NCBI GenBank assembly: GCA_963772065.1
Contig: CAVYVZ010000007.1
Span: 212,249 to 276,248, forward strand
Reading direction: 5' to 3'
DNA: 64,000 nt
From: an uncultured Acidobacteriota bacterium
GTDB lineage: Bacteria > Acidobacteriota > Vicinamibacteria > Vicinamibacterales > UBA2999
Part shown: positions 27,633 through 37,124 of the stretch, piece after piece
Layout of the letters: the number at the start of each line of letters is the position of its first letter
Numbering within the stretch: the first letter of the stretch is position 1
The notes under the pieces: generated by a model
What the model saw: the letters and a program-made list of their open reading frames with translations, nothing else
What the model was told of the DNA's origin: nothing
Databases searched by the model: none
Program-made: the position numbers and the translations under genes

Positions 27633-28073
27633 ATGCGCGTGATTGCGATTCTGCTCCTCGCCCTCGCGGCAGCCGGCGCTCGCGTGAGCGCGCATCACGC
27701 GTTCGGCGCGGAATTCGATCCCGATGCGCCCGTGAGGCTGCAGGGGAAGATCGTCAAAGTCGAGTGGGTCAACCCGCACGCCTGGATTCACGTAGAGATC
27801 AAGAAACCCGACGGCGCCAGCGAGGTCTGGATGGTGGAAGGCGGGACGCCCAACACGCTGCTCCGGCGCGGCCTGAACCGGGACACGCTGACGTACGGCA
27901 CCGAGATCATCGTCGACGGCTATCAGACGAAAGACCACTCGCTGAAGCGCGCGAACGGACGTGACGTGACGTTCACCGACGGCCGCAAGCTGTTCATGGG
28001 GTCGTCCGGCACCGGCGCCCCGCGCGACGGGCGCGATCCCACCGAGTCCCGTCGGAAGCCACCCGGGAACTAA
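27633..28073 (+). CDS. Small secreted protein, DUF6152-like (recollection)
   Basis: ORF track, 146 aa. A signal peptide is followed by AHHAFGAEFD..VKVEWVNPHAWIHVEI..WMVEGG. Confidence 0.65.
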   Translation: MRVIAILLLALAAAGARVSAHHAFGAEFDPDAPVRLQGKIVKVEWVNPHAWIHVEIKKPDGASEVWMVEGGTPNTLLRRGLNRDTLTYGTEIIVDGYQTKDHSLKRANGRDVTFTDGRKLFMGSSGTGAPRDGRDPTESRRKPPGN

Positions 28074-28097
28074 CGTCGTCCGCTTCGCTCGATGAAT

Positions 28098-28245
28098 CTC
28101 GTGACTTCGCCTGTCACGAGCCACGAAGCCACGAAGATGCGTTCGACTGCGGCCTGCGAAGCGAGCCGCCCTCGGCGGCTCAGTCGAACGCATTCTGACC
28201 GCAATGATTCTTCGTGCCCTTCGTGATCTTCGTGGCCTTCGTGGT
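28098..28245. repeat. Multi-branched structured element with CACGAAG / CTTCGTG periodic arms
   Basis: Nested pairings read directly from the sequence: ctcgtgac/gtcacgag (28098-28120); ccacgaagccacgaag (28121-28136) against four cttcgtg units (28210-28244); atgcgttcgact/agtcgaacgcat (a perfect 12 bp); and gagccgcc/ggcggctc (a perfect 8 bp). Confidence 0.8.
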
Positions 28246-28300
28246 TGCTTTGGAAAAGTGCGGTCGTGAGAGTCCGCGAGCGCAGCGCACAAGTAAAGGC

Positions 28301-28778
28301 TTAAGAAAATCCGATCCATCGCCCAGCCGCCGCGACGCCGAACCACAGCATCAGCGAGACGAGCGCGACGAGTCTGCTTCGATACGGCCCCGCGTACGTG
28401 TCGTCGGCCATCGTCACCCTTCGGCGGACGGTGAACGTGAACAGGATCGCCACGGGCAGCGTGCTGATCTTCACCCAGAACGCCGTGTTGTAGTAGCACT
28501 TGATCGACTCGGACAGGAAGAGCGGAACCCCGGTGGCCATCATCACCAGGAGCGCGCCGACGAGCCACGGGTGCGCGTCGCGGGCGAGCTGGCGAACGGA
28601 CTGCTCGCGGAGGCCGGCGCCGAACAGGCGCAGGTCCACGACGAGCAGCGTCCCGCCCAGGACCGCGAGTGCGAGAAGGTGCACCGACTCGATCACGGGA
28701 AACAGCCACGACGACTCGCGAATCGCACTTCCGAGCGCCGTCGCCTCGCACCACTCGAAGAACGGGCAGCAGGTTCAT
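28301..28778 (-). CDS. Four-TM membrane protein, paralogue of 28775..29314; frame break near 28760-28763
   Basis: ATG at 28778 overlaps the upstream stop (ATGA). After MNLLP the conserved sequence continues in the phase of ORF 28301..28696 (FEWCEATALGSAIRESSWLFPVIESVHLLALAVLGG..DLRLFG). Confidence 0.65.
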
Positions 28779-29314
28779 CGACAGCCGGCGGCCCAGTTGA
28801 TGAACGCCGACTGCGGCTGGATATCGCAGTCGAACCAGTTGTACGCCGTCATTCGGCCGGCGACGATGATGCCTGCCCACAGGACGAGGGACGCGATCGC
28901 GGCGACCCTGGCGCCTCGCGGCGGCACAGCCTGCAGGTCCCACGCCGCGACGGTGGGCCTGACCCGCGTGTGGAAGATCCACACGTTCAGCCCGGCGAGG
29001 ATCAGCATCGCGACCTTCAGCCTGAAAAAGATGCTGTGATACGTCCTCACGGGAATGGCGAAGAACAGCAGCGCCCCGGTGACGACCATGATGGCGAAGC
29101 CCGCCCTCGTCCATGGCAGGAGGCGTCGAATGACCTCCGATGCCGGCACCTGTCGCATGGTCAGGCCGAGCAGCCGCAGATCGAGCATCACGGCCGTGCC
29201 GACGAAGAGGCACAGCGTCAGCACATGCGTCGACTCCACGAGGGGATACATGTACTGGGACTCGTGAAGCGCAATGCTGGCGCGCGTGCTCGCGAGCCAC
29301 TGCACGAAGGTCAC
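28775..29314 (-). CDS. Four-TM membrane protein of unknown function (DUF6644-like by recollection)
   Basis: ORF track, 179 aa. The GTG start overlaps the stop of the PQQ gene (GTGA). Motif is ..HESQYMYPLVESTHVLTLCLFVG..DLRLLG.. Confidence 0.7.
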   Translation of the reverse strand: MTFVQWLASTRASIALHESQYMYPLVESTHVLTLCLFVGTAVMLDLRLLGLTMRQVPASEVIRRLLPWTRAGFAIMVVTGALLFFAIPVRTYHSIFFRLKVAMLILAGLNVWIFHTRVRPTVAAWDLQAVPPRGARVAAIASLVLWAGIIVAGRMTAYNWFDCDIQPQSAFINWAAGCR

Positions 29315-31114
29315 TTCCTCACCTCGAACGCCAGAAGCACGTTCCCGGGCTTGCCCAGGAACTGACCGTAGCCGGAGTTCGTGAACACCATCCCATCGAC
29401 CGCCACCGGCCCAGCGGCATCGATGGAGCCTCCATTGGCCTTGACGCGATTGACTGTCTCGAACTCGCGTGCGGTGTCGAAGGCCCAGACGATGCTGCCG
29501 TCGCGTGTCGAGTAGGCGCGTAGATGACCGTCCAGCGAGCCGGCGAAGACCACGCCCGGAATGACCGTGATGGCTGCGGACTGCGCGCCCACGCAGCCCC
29601 GTCCGCCGCTGCAGCTCAGTGGAGGCGCGGGCGCGTGCCAGACCTGTTCGCCGGTGGCGATGCGCAGGGCAAAGAGGCCGCGCGGTGTCGCGCCGCGTTC
29701 GAGGACGTCGGACACCGGAACGTAGACATGTTCGTCATCGGACGCAATGCCCCATTCGATTCCGCCGAGGAGCCCACCTTTGCCGGCCCGGAACTGCCAC
29801 ACGACTGATCCTTCCTTGTCAGGATCCAGTCCGTACACCACACCTGACTTCTGCGCGACCACCAGCAGACTTCGGCCGGCAGACGTCCGGCGGAGGATCG
29901 GTGAGCTGCCGAAGTCGAAGTCGGGGCCAACCTCTTTCGGGCAGTTCGGGTTGTCGTCGCGGCAGTTCACGACGAAGACGTCGTTGGGCGTGAGCTGTCG
30001 TATCCAGCGGATGCTCCCGGTATCCACGTCGAGCGCGAGGATTGCGTCGCTCGTCCTCGTCGCCGGCTCCGAGTACGCGTTGCCGGTTCCGATGTAGAGG
30101 GTCCGGCGCGCAGCGTCGATGGTCGGCGCCGTCCACGTGGCCGCCCCCGACGGGCCGTGAAGCTGCGTACCGGTCGGCGTCTTTCGGGTCGGACGCGCGG
30201 GCTCGGCGAATCGTGTGCGTCTGCCAAATGACCGCGCCCGTTGCCGTATCGATCGCGGCCACGCTGCCGCGGAACGTGCAGCACTCGTACCCCGCCTTCG
30301 CGCCCGCGCCCTCCTCCCACGAGGACACCGGCACGTACAAGCGGTTGCCGTGCAACGCGGGCGCGCCCGTGATGCGCGCGGATTCGTGCGAATCGAGCCT
30401 CCGGGTCCAGAGGGGCGCACCCGTCGACGCGTCGAGCGCGTGGACCGTCGCGGCCAGGTCGCCGAAGAACACGGCGTACCTCGGCGGCGCCGCGCCGGAA
30501 ATCGAGCCGATGCTGATCGCCGTGCGGACGCCGGCCGGCGCCGTGTACGACCAGTGAACGCAGCCGCGCCGGGCATCGAGCGAATACACCACTCCGGGAG
30601 CGCTGCCGACGAACACCCGGCCGGCGGCAACCGCGGGCTGCGCGTACGCGACGGTCGCGCCGGGGAACCCGAAGGCCCACTTCAAGGCCAGCTTCGGCAC
30701 ATCGGCGGCGTCGAGGCCCGCCTGTTTCTGGAAGCGGCTGTTCTCCGCGTCGAGGCCCCACCCACTCCAGCGAGGCCCCCCGGTCGGATCGCGCAAAGGC
30801 GCCGCCTCGCACAGCGGGGGCTGCCCCGCGCCCGCGCCGCGCTTTGCCGGCGTCCCCAGCATGTCGGCGATGGCCCGCTTGTCCGCCGCGCTCAGTCCTC
30901 GCGCCTGAACCGCCATCGTGCCGGCGATCATCACGGCAAGGATGTCCTCGGGCGTCTTCAGCTGGAGCGTCTGGCGATCGGGCGCGCGCACCTCCGAGCC
31001 GTCATGGCAGGCAGCGCAATTCGCCTTGTAGAGGGCGGCCGGATCGCTTTGAGCCAGCGCGGATGCGGACGACAGAACGGCCGCGGCAACGGCGGTCGAG
31101 AAAAGGGTCTTCAT
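29311..31114 (-). CDS. Secreted PQQ-like beta-propeller protein with an N-terminal c-type cytochrome domain; frame break near 30208
   Basis: ATG at 31114 gives MKTLFSTAVAAAVLSSASALA, then CAACH, then propeller repeats with a vicinal CC (GYECCTFRGS). It continues in the phase of ORF 29311..30630 (..AEPARPTRKTPTGTQLHGPSGAATW..). Confidence 0.8.
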
Positions 31115-31165
31115 GCGTTGTCCGTGACACGCGAATCCTGCGCCGGACGACGGTAAACTGGCAAG

Positions 31166-33133
31166 GTGAATCTCCCCGCCGCGCCGGCTGATGCGCTGAA
31201 GATCGCCGTCGGTGCTGCATTCTCCGATACCGGCGCCCTCGCCCGTGCGGTGAATGGCTACGAGCCCCGAGCGGGGCAGCGCGCGATGGCGGAGGCGGTC
31301 GCATCGGTGATCGAGTCTGGCGGGACCTTGCTCGTCGAGGCAGGCACCGGGACGGGCAAGACGCTCGCGTATCTGATCCCGGCCATTCTCAGCGGCCGCC
31401 GCGTACTTGTCTCCACCGGAACGAAGAACCTGCAGGAGCAGATCTTCTTCAAGGATCTTCCGGCCCTGCGGAACGCGCTTGGACCTTCCGTTCACCGCCA
31501 CGCTGATGAAAGGCCGGTCCAATTACCTCTGTCTCCACCGCTTCGAGCAGGTACAAGATGACCGAAGCGCCCGACACATTTCTTCTGCCGATGCTCGAGG
31601 ACTGGGCGAAGGAGACGCAGACCGGCGATCGCGCGGAGCTCCGCGACCTCCCTGAAGATCTGCCGCTCTGGAAAGAGATCGCGGCGACCGCGGAAACCTG
31701 TCTCGGCGCGGAGTGCCCGCAGTTCGACACCTGCTTCGTCACCCGCATGCGCCAGCGCGCCGCCGAGTCCGACGTCGTCATCGTCAACCACCATTTGCTG
31801 TGTGCCGACGCGTCCATCCGGCAGAGCGCCTACGGCGAAGTGATTCCGAGCTGCCCGACCCTCGTGGTCGACGAGGCGCACCAGCTCGAGGACGTGGCGA
31901 CGCAGGACTTCGGCGTGGCAGTCAGCAACTACCGAGTGGATGACTTGGTGCGCGATGCCGACAGCGTAGGGCGGGCCTTTGCGGCCCGCCAAGCCGACGA
32001 GGTGGCCCGCGATCTCGAACGCATCGCCGATCGCGCCCGCATATTCTTCGCTGGCCTGCAGCTCGCGCCGCGCAAGGAGGATCGCGCTCGTTACACCGCA
32101 GAATCAATCTCGGAGTTCTTCCAGGATGGCATGATGCTCGTCGGAGCGCTCGACGGGCTGGAGGCCACACTGGCGCTGGCGCTCAAGCGTCCCGCCGAAC
32201 CCGGGGCGATCAGCGAAGCCAACGAAGATGCCGAAGCGCTCATGCGGCGCGCCGGGAGAGATCCGCGACGACCTGAAGCTCCTGCTTCGCGCGAGCGATC
32301 CAGACTTCGTCTACTACCTCGAGATGCGAGCCCGGGGGGTGTTCCTCCGGGCGGCCCCGATCGACGTCTCCCGGATCGTGCAGGATGCGCTGTTCAACCG
32401 CATGCGCGCCATCGTGCTCACCTCCGCCACGCTCGCCGTGGACGGATCGTTCGAGTACGTCCGCGGGCGCCTCGGCATCAGGCACCCCGAGGAGCTCCGC
32501 GTCGCATCGGAGTTCGACTACGCCAGCCAGGCGATTCTGTACCTGCCGCGTCGAATGCCGCCGCCACGCAACCCGAGGTTCGCCGAGTCGGTGGCCCGTG
32601 AAGTGATCGAGATCCTCAAGCGGACCGAAGGCCGCGCATTCGTCCTCTTCACGAGCTACTCGGTGCTGCACATCGTGCAGCAGTTCGTCGAGATGGCGGT
32701 CCCGTATCCGGTCTTCGTCCAGGGGACCCTCCCGCGATCGGCGCTCATCGAGCAGTTTCGGCGCACGTCGAATGCGGTCCTTCTCGCCACTTCGAGCTTC
32801 TGGCAGGGTGTCGACGTCGTCGGGGAAGCACTGAGCTGCGTCATCATCGACAAGCTGCCGTTCGCGTCGCCTTCCGACCCGGTCACGGGGGCACGCATCG
32901 AGGCGATTACGGCGCGCGGCGGCGACGCATTCAGCGAGTATCAGGTTCCGCTCGCGATCCTCACGCTTCAGCAGGGGCTCGGGCGTCTCATCCGCCACCG
33001 GCACGATCGGGGCGTGCTTGCCGTGCTCGATCCCAGGCTTCGGACCATGGGATACGGCCGCCGGTTCCTGGATTCGCTGCCGCCGGCGCCCGTCACCAGC
33101 GACATCCGCGATATCGACCAGTTCTTCCAGTAA
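31166..33133 (+). CDS. dinG: DinG/XPD-like ATP-dependent DNA helicase; three frame breaks (about 31483-31490, 31545-31565, 32254-32256)
   Basis: The protein is pieced from ORFs 31166, 31407, 31558 and 32228. Walker A EAGTGTGKT. DEAH box (VVDEAHQL). Cys cluster (NYLCLH..CLGAECPQFDTCF). C-terminal helicase motifs (ATSSFWQGVDV..LQQGLGRLIR). Confidence 0.85.
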
Positions 33134-33196
33134 GATGAACTGCAGGCGGAGCCAGTTCGCGACGTCAGCTCAGCTTTACAAATACGGAGGAGTCAT

Positions 33197-34147
33197 ATGC
33201 GGACGCATCTGAGCCGCGGCGTGCTTGCGCTCGTCGTGGCACTCGGCCTGGCCGCGCCGGCCGCCGCGCAGTCGACCGGCATGGTGAAGGGCAAGGTCGT
33301 GGACGCGAAGGGTGAGGTAGTCGAAGGCGCGAAAGTCCTGATCGAGTTCGCCGAAGGCACCAGCCGGAAGCACGAGACCAAGACGAACAAGAAGGGCGAG
33401 TTCATCCAGATCGGTCTATTCCCCGGCCCCTACAAGGTCACCGCCTCCAAGGAAGGCGTCGGCGCGCAGATGTTCGAGGTCCGCGTCCGGATCGGAGCGG
33501 CCGCTGAAGTGAACTTCCAGCTTTCGCCGCAGTCCGGCCTGAGCGACGAGGACAAGAAGAAGCAGGCCGCGTTGACAGGCTCGCTCACCGCCGGCGAGGC
33601 GCTGATCAAGGAAGGGAAGCACGACGAGGCGATCGCGAAGTTCAACGAGGCAATCGCCGTGCTGCCGGCGTGCCACGTCTGCTACTACTACATCGGCTTC
33701 GCGCACGCCCAGAAGCAGCAGTACGCCGAGGCGGAAGCCGCGTACAAGAAGGCCATCGAGGTGAAGCCCGATTTCGCCGAGGCCTACAACGCACTCGCCG
33801 GCGTGTACAACACGCAGAAGAAGTACGAAGAAGCGCTCGCGGCGAGCGCGAAGGCCGCGGAACTTGCGGGCGCGGGCGGCGCGGGCGGCGGCAATGCCTC
33901 GGCGATCTACAACCAGGGCGTCACGCTCTGGAACGCGCAGAAGTTCCCCGAGGCGAAGGCGCAATTCGAGAAGGCGGTCGCGCTCGATCCGAACATGGCC
34001 GAAGCGTGGTACCAGCTTGGTATGGCGAACCTGAATACCGGCGACATGACCGGCGCCGTGACAGCGTTCGAGGGGTACCTCAAGGCGGCTCCGAACGGAC
34101 CCAAGGCGGCGGAAGCGAAGACGATCATTTCGCAACTCAAGAAATAG
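33197..34147 (+). CDS. Secreted CarboxypepD_reg-like domain plus TPR-repeat protein
   Basis: ORF track, 316 aa. GGAGGAG lies upstream and a signal peptide is present. GMVKGKVVDAKGEVVEGAKV.. is followed by TPR-like AEAYNALAGVY / AEAWYQLGMA. Confidence 0.8.
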   Translation: MRTHLSRGVLALVVALGLAAPAAAQSTGMVKGKVVDAKGEVVEGAKVLIEFAEGTSRKHETKTNKKGEFIQIGLFPGPYKVTASKEGVGAQMFEVRVRIGAAAEVNFQLSPQSGLSDEDKKKQAALTGSLTAGEALIKEGKHDEAIAKFNEAIAVLPACHVCYYYIGFAHAQKQQYAEAEAAYKKAIEVKPDFAEAYNALAGVYNTQKKYEEALAASAKAAELAGAGGAGGGNASAIYNQGVTLWNAQKFPEAKAQFEKAVALDPNMAEAWYQLGMANLNTGDMTGAVTAFEGYLKAAPNGPKAAEAKTIISQLKK

Positions 34148-34177
34148 GCTTAGGGCTCAAGGCTCAAGCCTTAAGCC
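34147..34177. repeat. Short palindrome ggcttagggct-caaggctca-agccttaagcc, filling the stop-to-start spacer
   Basis: Read directly. It spans from the G of the TAG stop (34147) to the base before the yggS ATG (34178). GGCTCAA is repeated twice. Confidence 0.6.
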
Positions 34178-34870
34178 ATGTCGTCCATTTCCAGCCGGTT
34201 GGCCGAGGTACGGGAGCGCATAGCCGCTGCCGCCCGGTCGGCCGGCCGGAACCCCTCCTCTATCCGGCTCGTTGCCGTCTCCAAGACTTTTCCTCTCGAG
34301 GCCGTCCGCGAGGCGTGGCTGGCGGGTCAGCGCGACTTCGGTGAAAACCGGGTCCAGGAAGCCCTACAGAAGATCGGCGCATCGGCCGACCTAACGATCA
34401 GGTGGCATCTCCTCGGCCACCTGCAGACGAACAAGGCGCGCAAGGCCGCTCTGGCGTTTTCGGTGATCCAATCAGTGGACAGCGTCGATCTGCTCCGGAA
34501 GCTGGACCAGGCGGCGATCGAGGCCGGGACGCGGCCGGAACTGCTCGTACAGGTGGATCTGGCCCGGGAGGCGACGAAGTTTGGAGCGCCGAGGGACGAG
34601 GCCCGCCGCGTGCTCGAGGCCGCAGCGGGCTGCCAGGCCGTCAGGGTGACCGGGCTCATGACGTTGCCTCCCTTGCCCGATATTCCGGAAGACGCTCGTC
34701 CCTGGTTTCGCCAGCTCCGGGAGCTGCGCGACGGCCTGAGGGCCGACGGCGTTCCCGGGGACATGCTCGAGGAGCTGTCGATGGGCATGAGCGGGGATTT
34801 CGAGGTCGCCGTCCAGGAAGGGGCGACGATCGTTCGCGTGGGAACGGCGATCTTTGGGAGCCGGGAGTGA
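34178..34870 (+). CDS. yggS: YggS-family PLP homeostasis protein
   Basis: ORF track, 230 aa. LVAVSKT, FGENRVQE and WHLLGHLQTNK. Confidence 0.9.
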   Translation: MSSISSRLAEVRERIAAAARSAGRNPSSIRLVAVSKTFPLEAVREAWLAGQRDFGENRVQEALQKIGASADLTIRWHLLGHLQTNKARKAALAFSVIQSVDSVDLLRKLDQAAIEAGTRPELLVQVDLAREATKFGAPRDEARRVLEAAAGCQAVRVTGLMTLPPLPDIPEDARPWFRQLRELRDGLRADGVPGDMLEELSMGMSGDFEVAVQEGATIVRVGTAIFGSRE

Positions 34871-35412
34871 TGATGGACGACAAGCTGCAGCCCGAACGTC
34901 CGATGAAGGTCACGCCGCTCGATCTGCGGCAGTCGCGCTTCAAGACGGCGATGCGCGGCTACGACAAGACCGAGGTGACGGCGCTCCTCGAGGCGGTGGC
35001 CGATGACTACGAGAACACCCTGCGCGACAACGATCGGCTGCGCCAGGAGATGTCGCGCCTCGAGGCGGTGCTGACGCAGCATCGCGAGCTCGAGGGCAGC
35101 CTGAAAAGCACGCTGATCAGCGCGCAGAAAGTGGCCGACGACCTGCGCGACACGGCACAGGCCGAAGCGCTGCGGATCATCCGCGAGGCGGAAGGACGCG
35201 CCGAGCTGCTGCAGCACAAGGCGTTGTCGCGGCTCGAGGACGTGCAGCGCGAGATCGATGGCTTGAAGATGAAGCGGCGCGAGACCGAAACGGGCGTGGA
35301 AGCCCTCATCTCGACGCTGCAGAACACCCTCGAGTTCATCCGCGATCAGGAATCGCGTGACGATCGCCTCGTCGCGCACCGCCCCGTCGTCGAAATCGCC
35401 CGGCCTGCGTAA
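34870..35412 (+). CDS. DivIVA-domain protein
   Basis: ATG at 34870 shares the A of the yggS TGA. VTPLDLRQSRFKTAMRGYDKTEV is followed by coiled-coil sequence. It lies inside the over-extended ORF 34402..35412. Confidence 0.8.
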   Translation: MMDDKLQPERPMKVTPLDLRQSRFKTAMRGYDKTEVTALLEAVADDYENTLRDNDRLRQEMSRLEAVLTQHRELEGSLKSTLISAQKVADDLRDTAQAEALRIIREAEGRAELLQHKALSRLEDVQREIDGLKMKRRETETGVEALISTLQNTLEFIRDQESRDDRLVAHRPVVEIARPA

Positions 35413-35416
35413 CCAA

Positions 35417-35481
35417 TTTTGATTTTTGGCTTTTGATTTTTGATTTCAACCAAATCAAAAATCAAAGATCAGAAATCAAAA
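35417..35481. repeat. AT-rich periodic-stem hairpin, unit TTTTGAT (30-nt arms, 26/30 paired, loop caacc)
   Basis: Left arm is ttttgatttttggcttttgatttttgattt. Right arm is aaatcaaaaatcaaagatcagaaatcaaaa. The right arm ends at the base before the yggU ATG (35482). Only 6 G/C occur in the 30-nt left arm. Confidence 0.9.
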
Positions 35482-35748
35482 ATGGACAGCGTGATTCTGA
35501 CCATTCGCGTGATCCCGCGGGCCGGTCGATCCGGACCCGCGGGCATCCGCGACCATGCCTTCCTGATTCGCCTCAACGCCCCGCCTGTCGAAGGCGCCGC
35601 CAACGCCGAGTTGATCGACGTCCTGGCGGACCTGCTCGACGTGCCGAAGCGCAACGTCACGATCGTCAGCGGCGAACGCAGCCGCCTGAAGCGCGTGCGA
35701 ATAATCGGCATTACGCTCGAACGCGCGCGCGCGATTCTCCATTCCTGA
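35482..35748 (+). CDS. yggU: DUF167 (YggU) family protein
   Basis: The internal ATG gives MDSVILTIRVIPRAGRSG..V.APPVEGAANAELIDVLADLL. The ORF-track start at 35440 lies inside the hairpin. Confidence 0.8.
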   Translation: MDSVILTIRVIPRAGRSGPAGIRDHAFLIRLNAPPVEGAANAELIDVLADLLDVPKRNVTIVSGERSRLKRVRIIGITLERARAILHS

Positions 35749-35817
35749 ACCACGAAAACACGAAAATCACGAAAACATCACAAACAGATTCGTGTCTTTC
35801 GTGCGTTTCGTGGTTTC
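35747..35817. repeat. Periodic-stem hairpin, unit CACGAAAA / TTTCGTG
   Basis: Left arm is gaaccacgaaaacacgaaaatcacgaaaac. Right arm is ttcgtgtctttcgtgcgtttcgtggtttc. It begins within the yggU stop codon. Confidence 0.8.
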
Positions 35818-35840
35818 AAATCTAGAATCAAGAACCAGGA

Positions 35841-37098
35841 ATGAGACCCTCTGCGGATTTCGTCATCGACAACGCGGCGCTCATCGCGACCTGCGCGGGC
35901 GCCGCTCCGCGGCGCGGCCCCGCTCAGCACGACATCTCGCCCGTTCGACAGGCCTCGGTCGCGTCCGCCGGAGGCCGCATCGTGTACGTCGGACCGGCGG
36001 CCGGACTCGCTCGCGCCGTCGACGTCGCGGCGGATGCGCTTCGCGTGGACGCACGCGGCCGCGTCGTCGTGCCCGGCTTCGTCGACGCGCACACGCACGT
36101 CGTGTTCGCCGGCGATCGCCGGCAGGAGCTCCAGCGCCGGCTGGCGGGCGCGACCTATGCGGAGATTGCCGCCGACGGCGGGGGCATCCTGCGGACGGTG
36201 GAGGCGACGCGGCGCGCCTCGGAAGACGAGCTCGTCGCTGCCACGCGCGCGAGGCTCGACGAGATGCTGGCCTGCGGCACGACAACCGCGGAAGCCAAGA
36301 GCGGCTACGGCCTGACCACGGACTCCGAGCTGCAGCAGCTTCGCGTCATCCGGCGGCTCGATGCGGAACATGGCATCGACCTGGTCCCGACGTTCATGGG
36401 CGCGCACGACGTGCCCGTCGAATACCGCGCCAGGCGCGGCGCGTACGTCTCGCTGGTCATCAACGAGATGATCCCCCGGGTGCAGCGCGAGCGCCTCGCC
36501 GAGTGGTGCGACGTGTTCTGCGAGGACGGCGTCTTCACCCCCGACGAATCGGTCGCGATTCTGAAAGCGGGGGCCAGGGCGGGACTGAAGCCTCGCATCC
36601 ACGCCGACGAGCTCGGCCCGAGCGGCGGATCGCGTGTCGCCGCCCGCGTCGCGGCGCGGTCCGCGGATCATCTTCTCTTCGTCGACGAGGAAGGCGCCGA
36701 TGCGATGGCTGCGGCCGGCGTGTGCGCGACGCTCCTCCCCTCGGCGGCGTTCTATCTGAAGATCGGCCGCTTCGCGCCGGCGCGGATGCTCGATCGAGCG
36801 GGGCGTGCCGGTGGCGCTCGCCACCGATGTCAACCCGGGCGGTGGCTTCTCGCCGTCGATGCCGTTCGCGATCACGCTCGCCTGTTTCGCGATGCGGCTG
36901 ACGATCGAGGAAGCGCTCGTGGCGGCGACGATCAACGCCGCGTGGTCGGTGGACCGGGCCGACCGCGTGGGGAGCCTCGAAGTCGGCAAGCTGATGGATG
37001 CCGTCATCCTCGACGGCGAGCTGGTCGATCTCATTCGCGTCGGCGCGCCGGCGATCCGTCACGTCATCAAAGCCGGACGCATCGTTCACACCCGCTGA
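35841..37098 (+). CDS. hutI: Imidazolonepropionase; frame break in the G-run at 36800-36803
   Basis: The first part of ORF 35841..37751 (PGFVDAHTHVVFAG..KSGYGL..RIHADEL) joins to ORF 36805..37098 (VPVALATDVNPG..). Deleting one G from gcgggg restores RMLDRAGVPVALATD. Confidence 0.88.
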
Positions 37099-37124
37099 AG
37101 GTATTAGCCGACTACAATCGCGGG

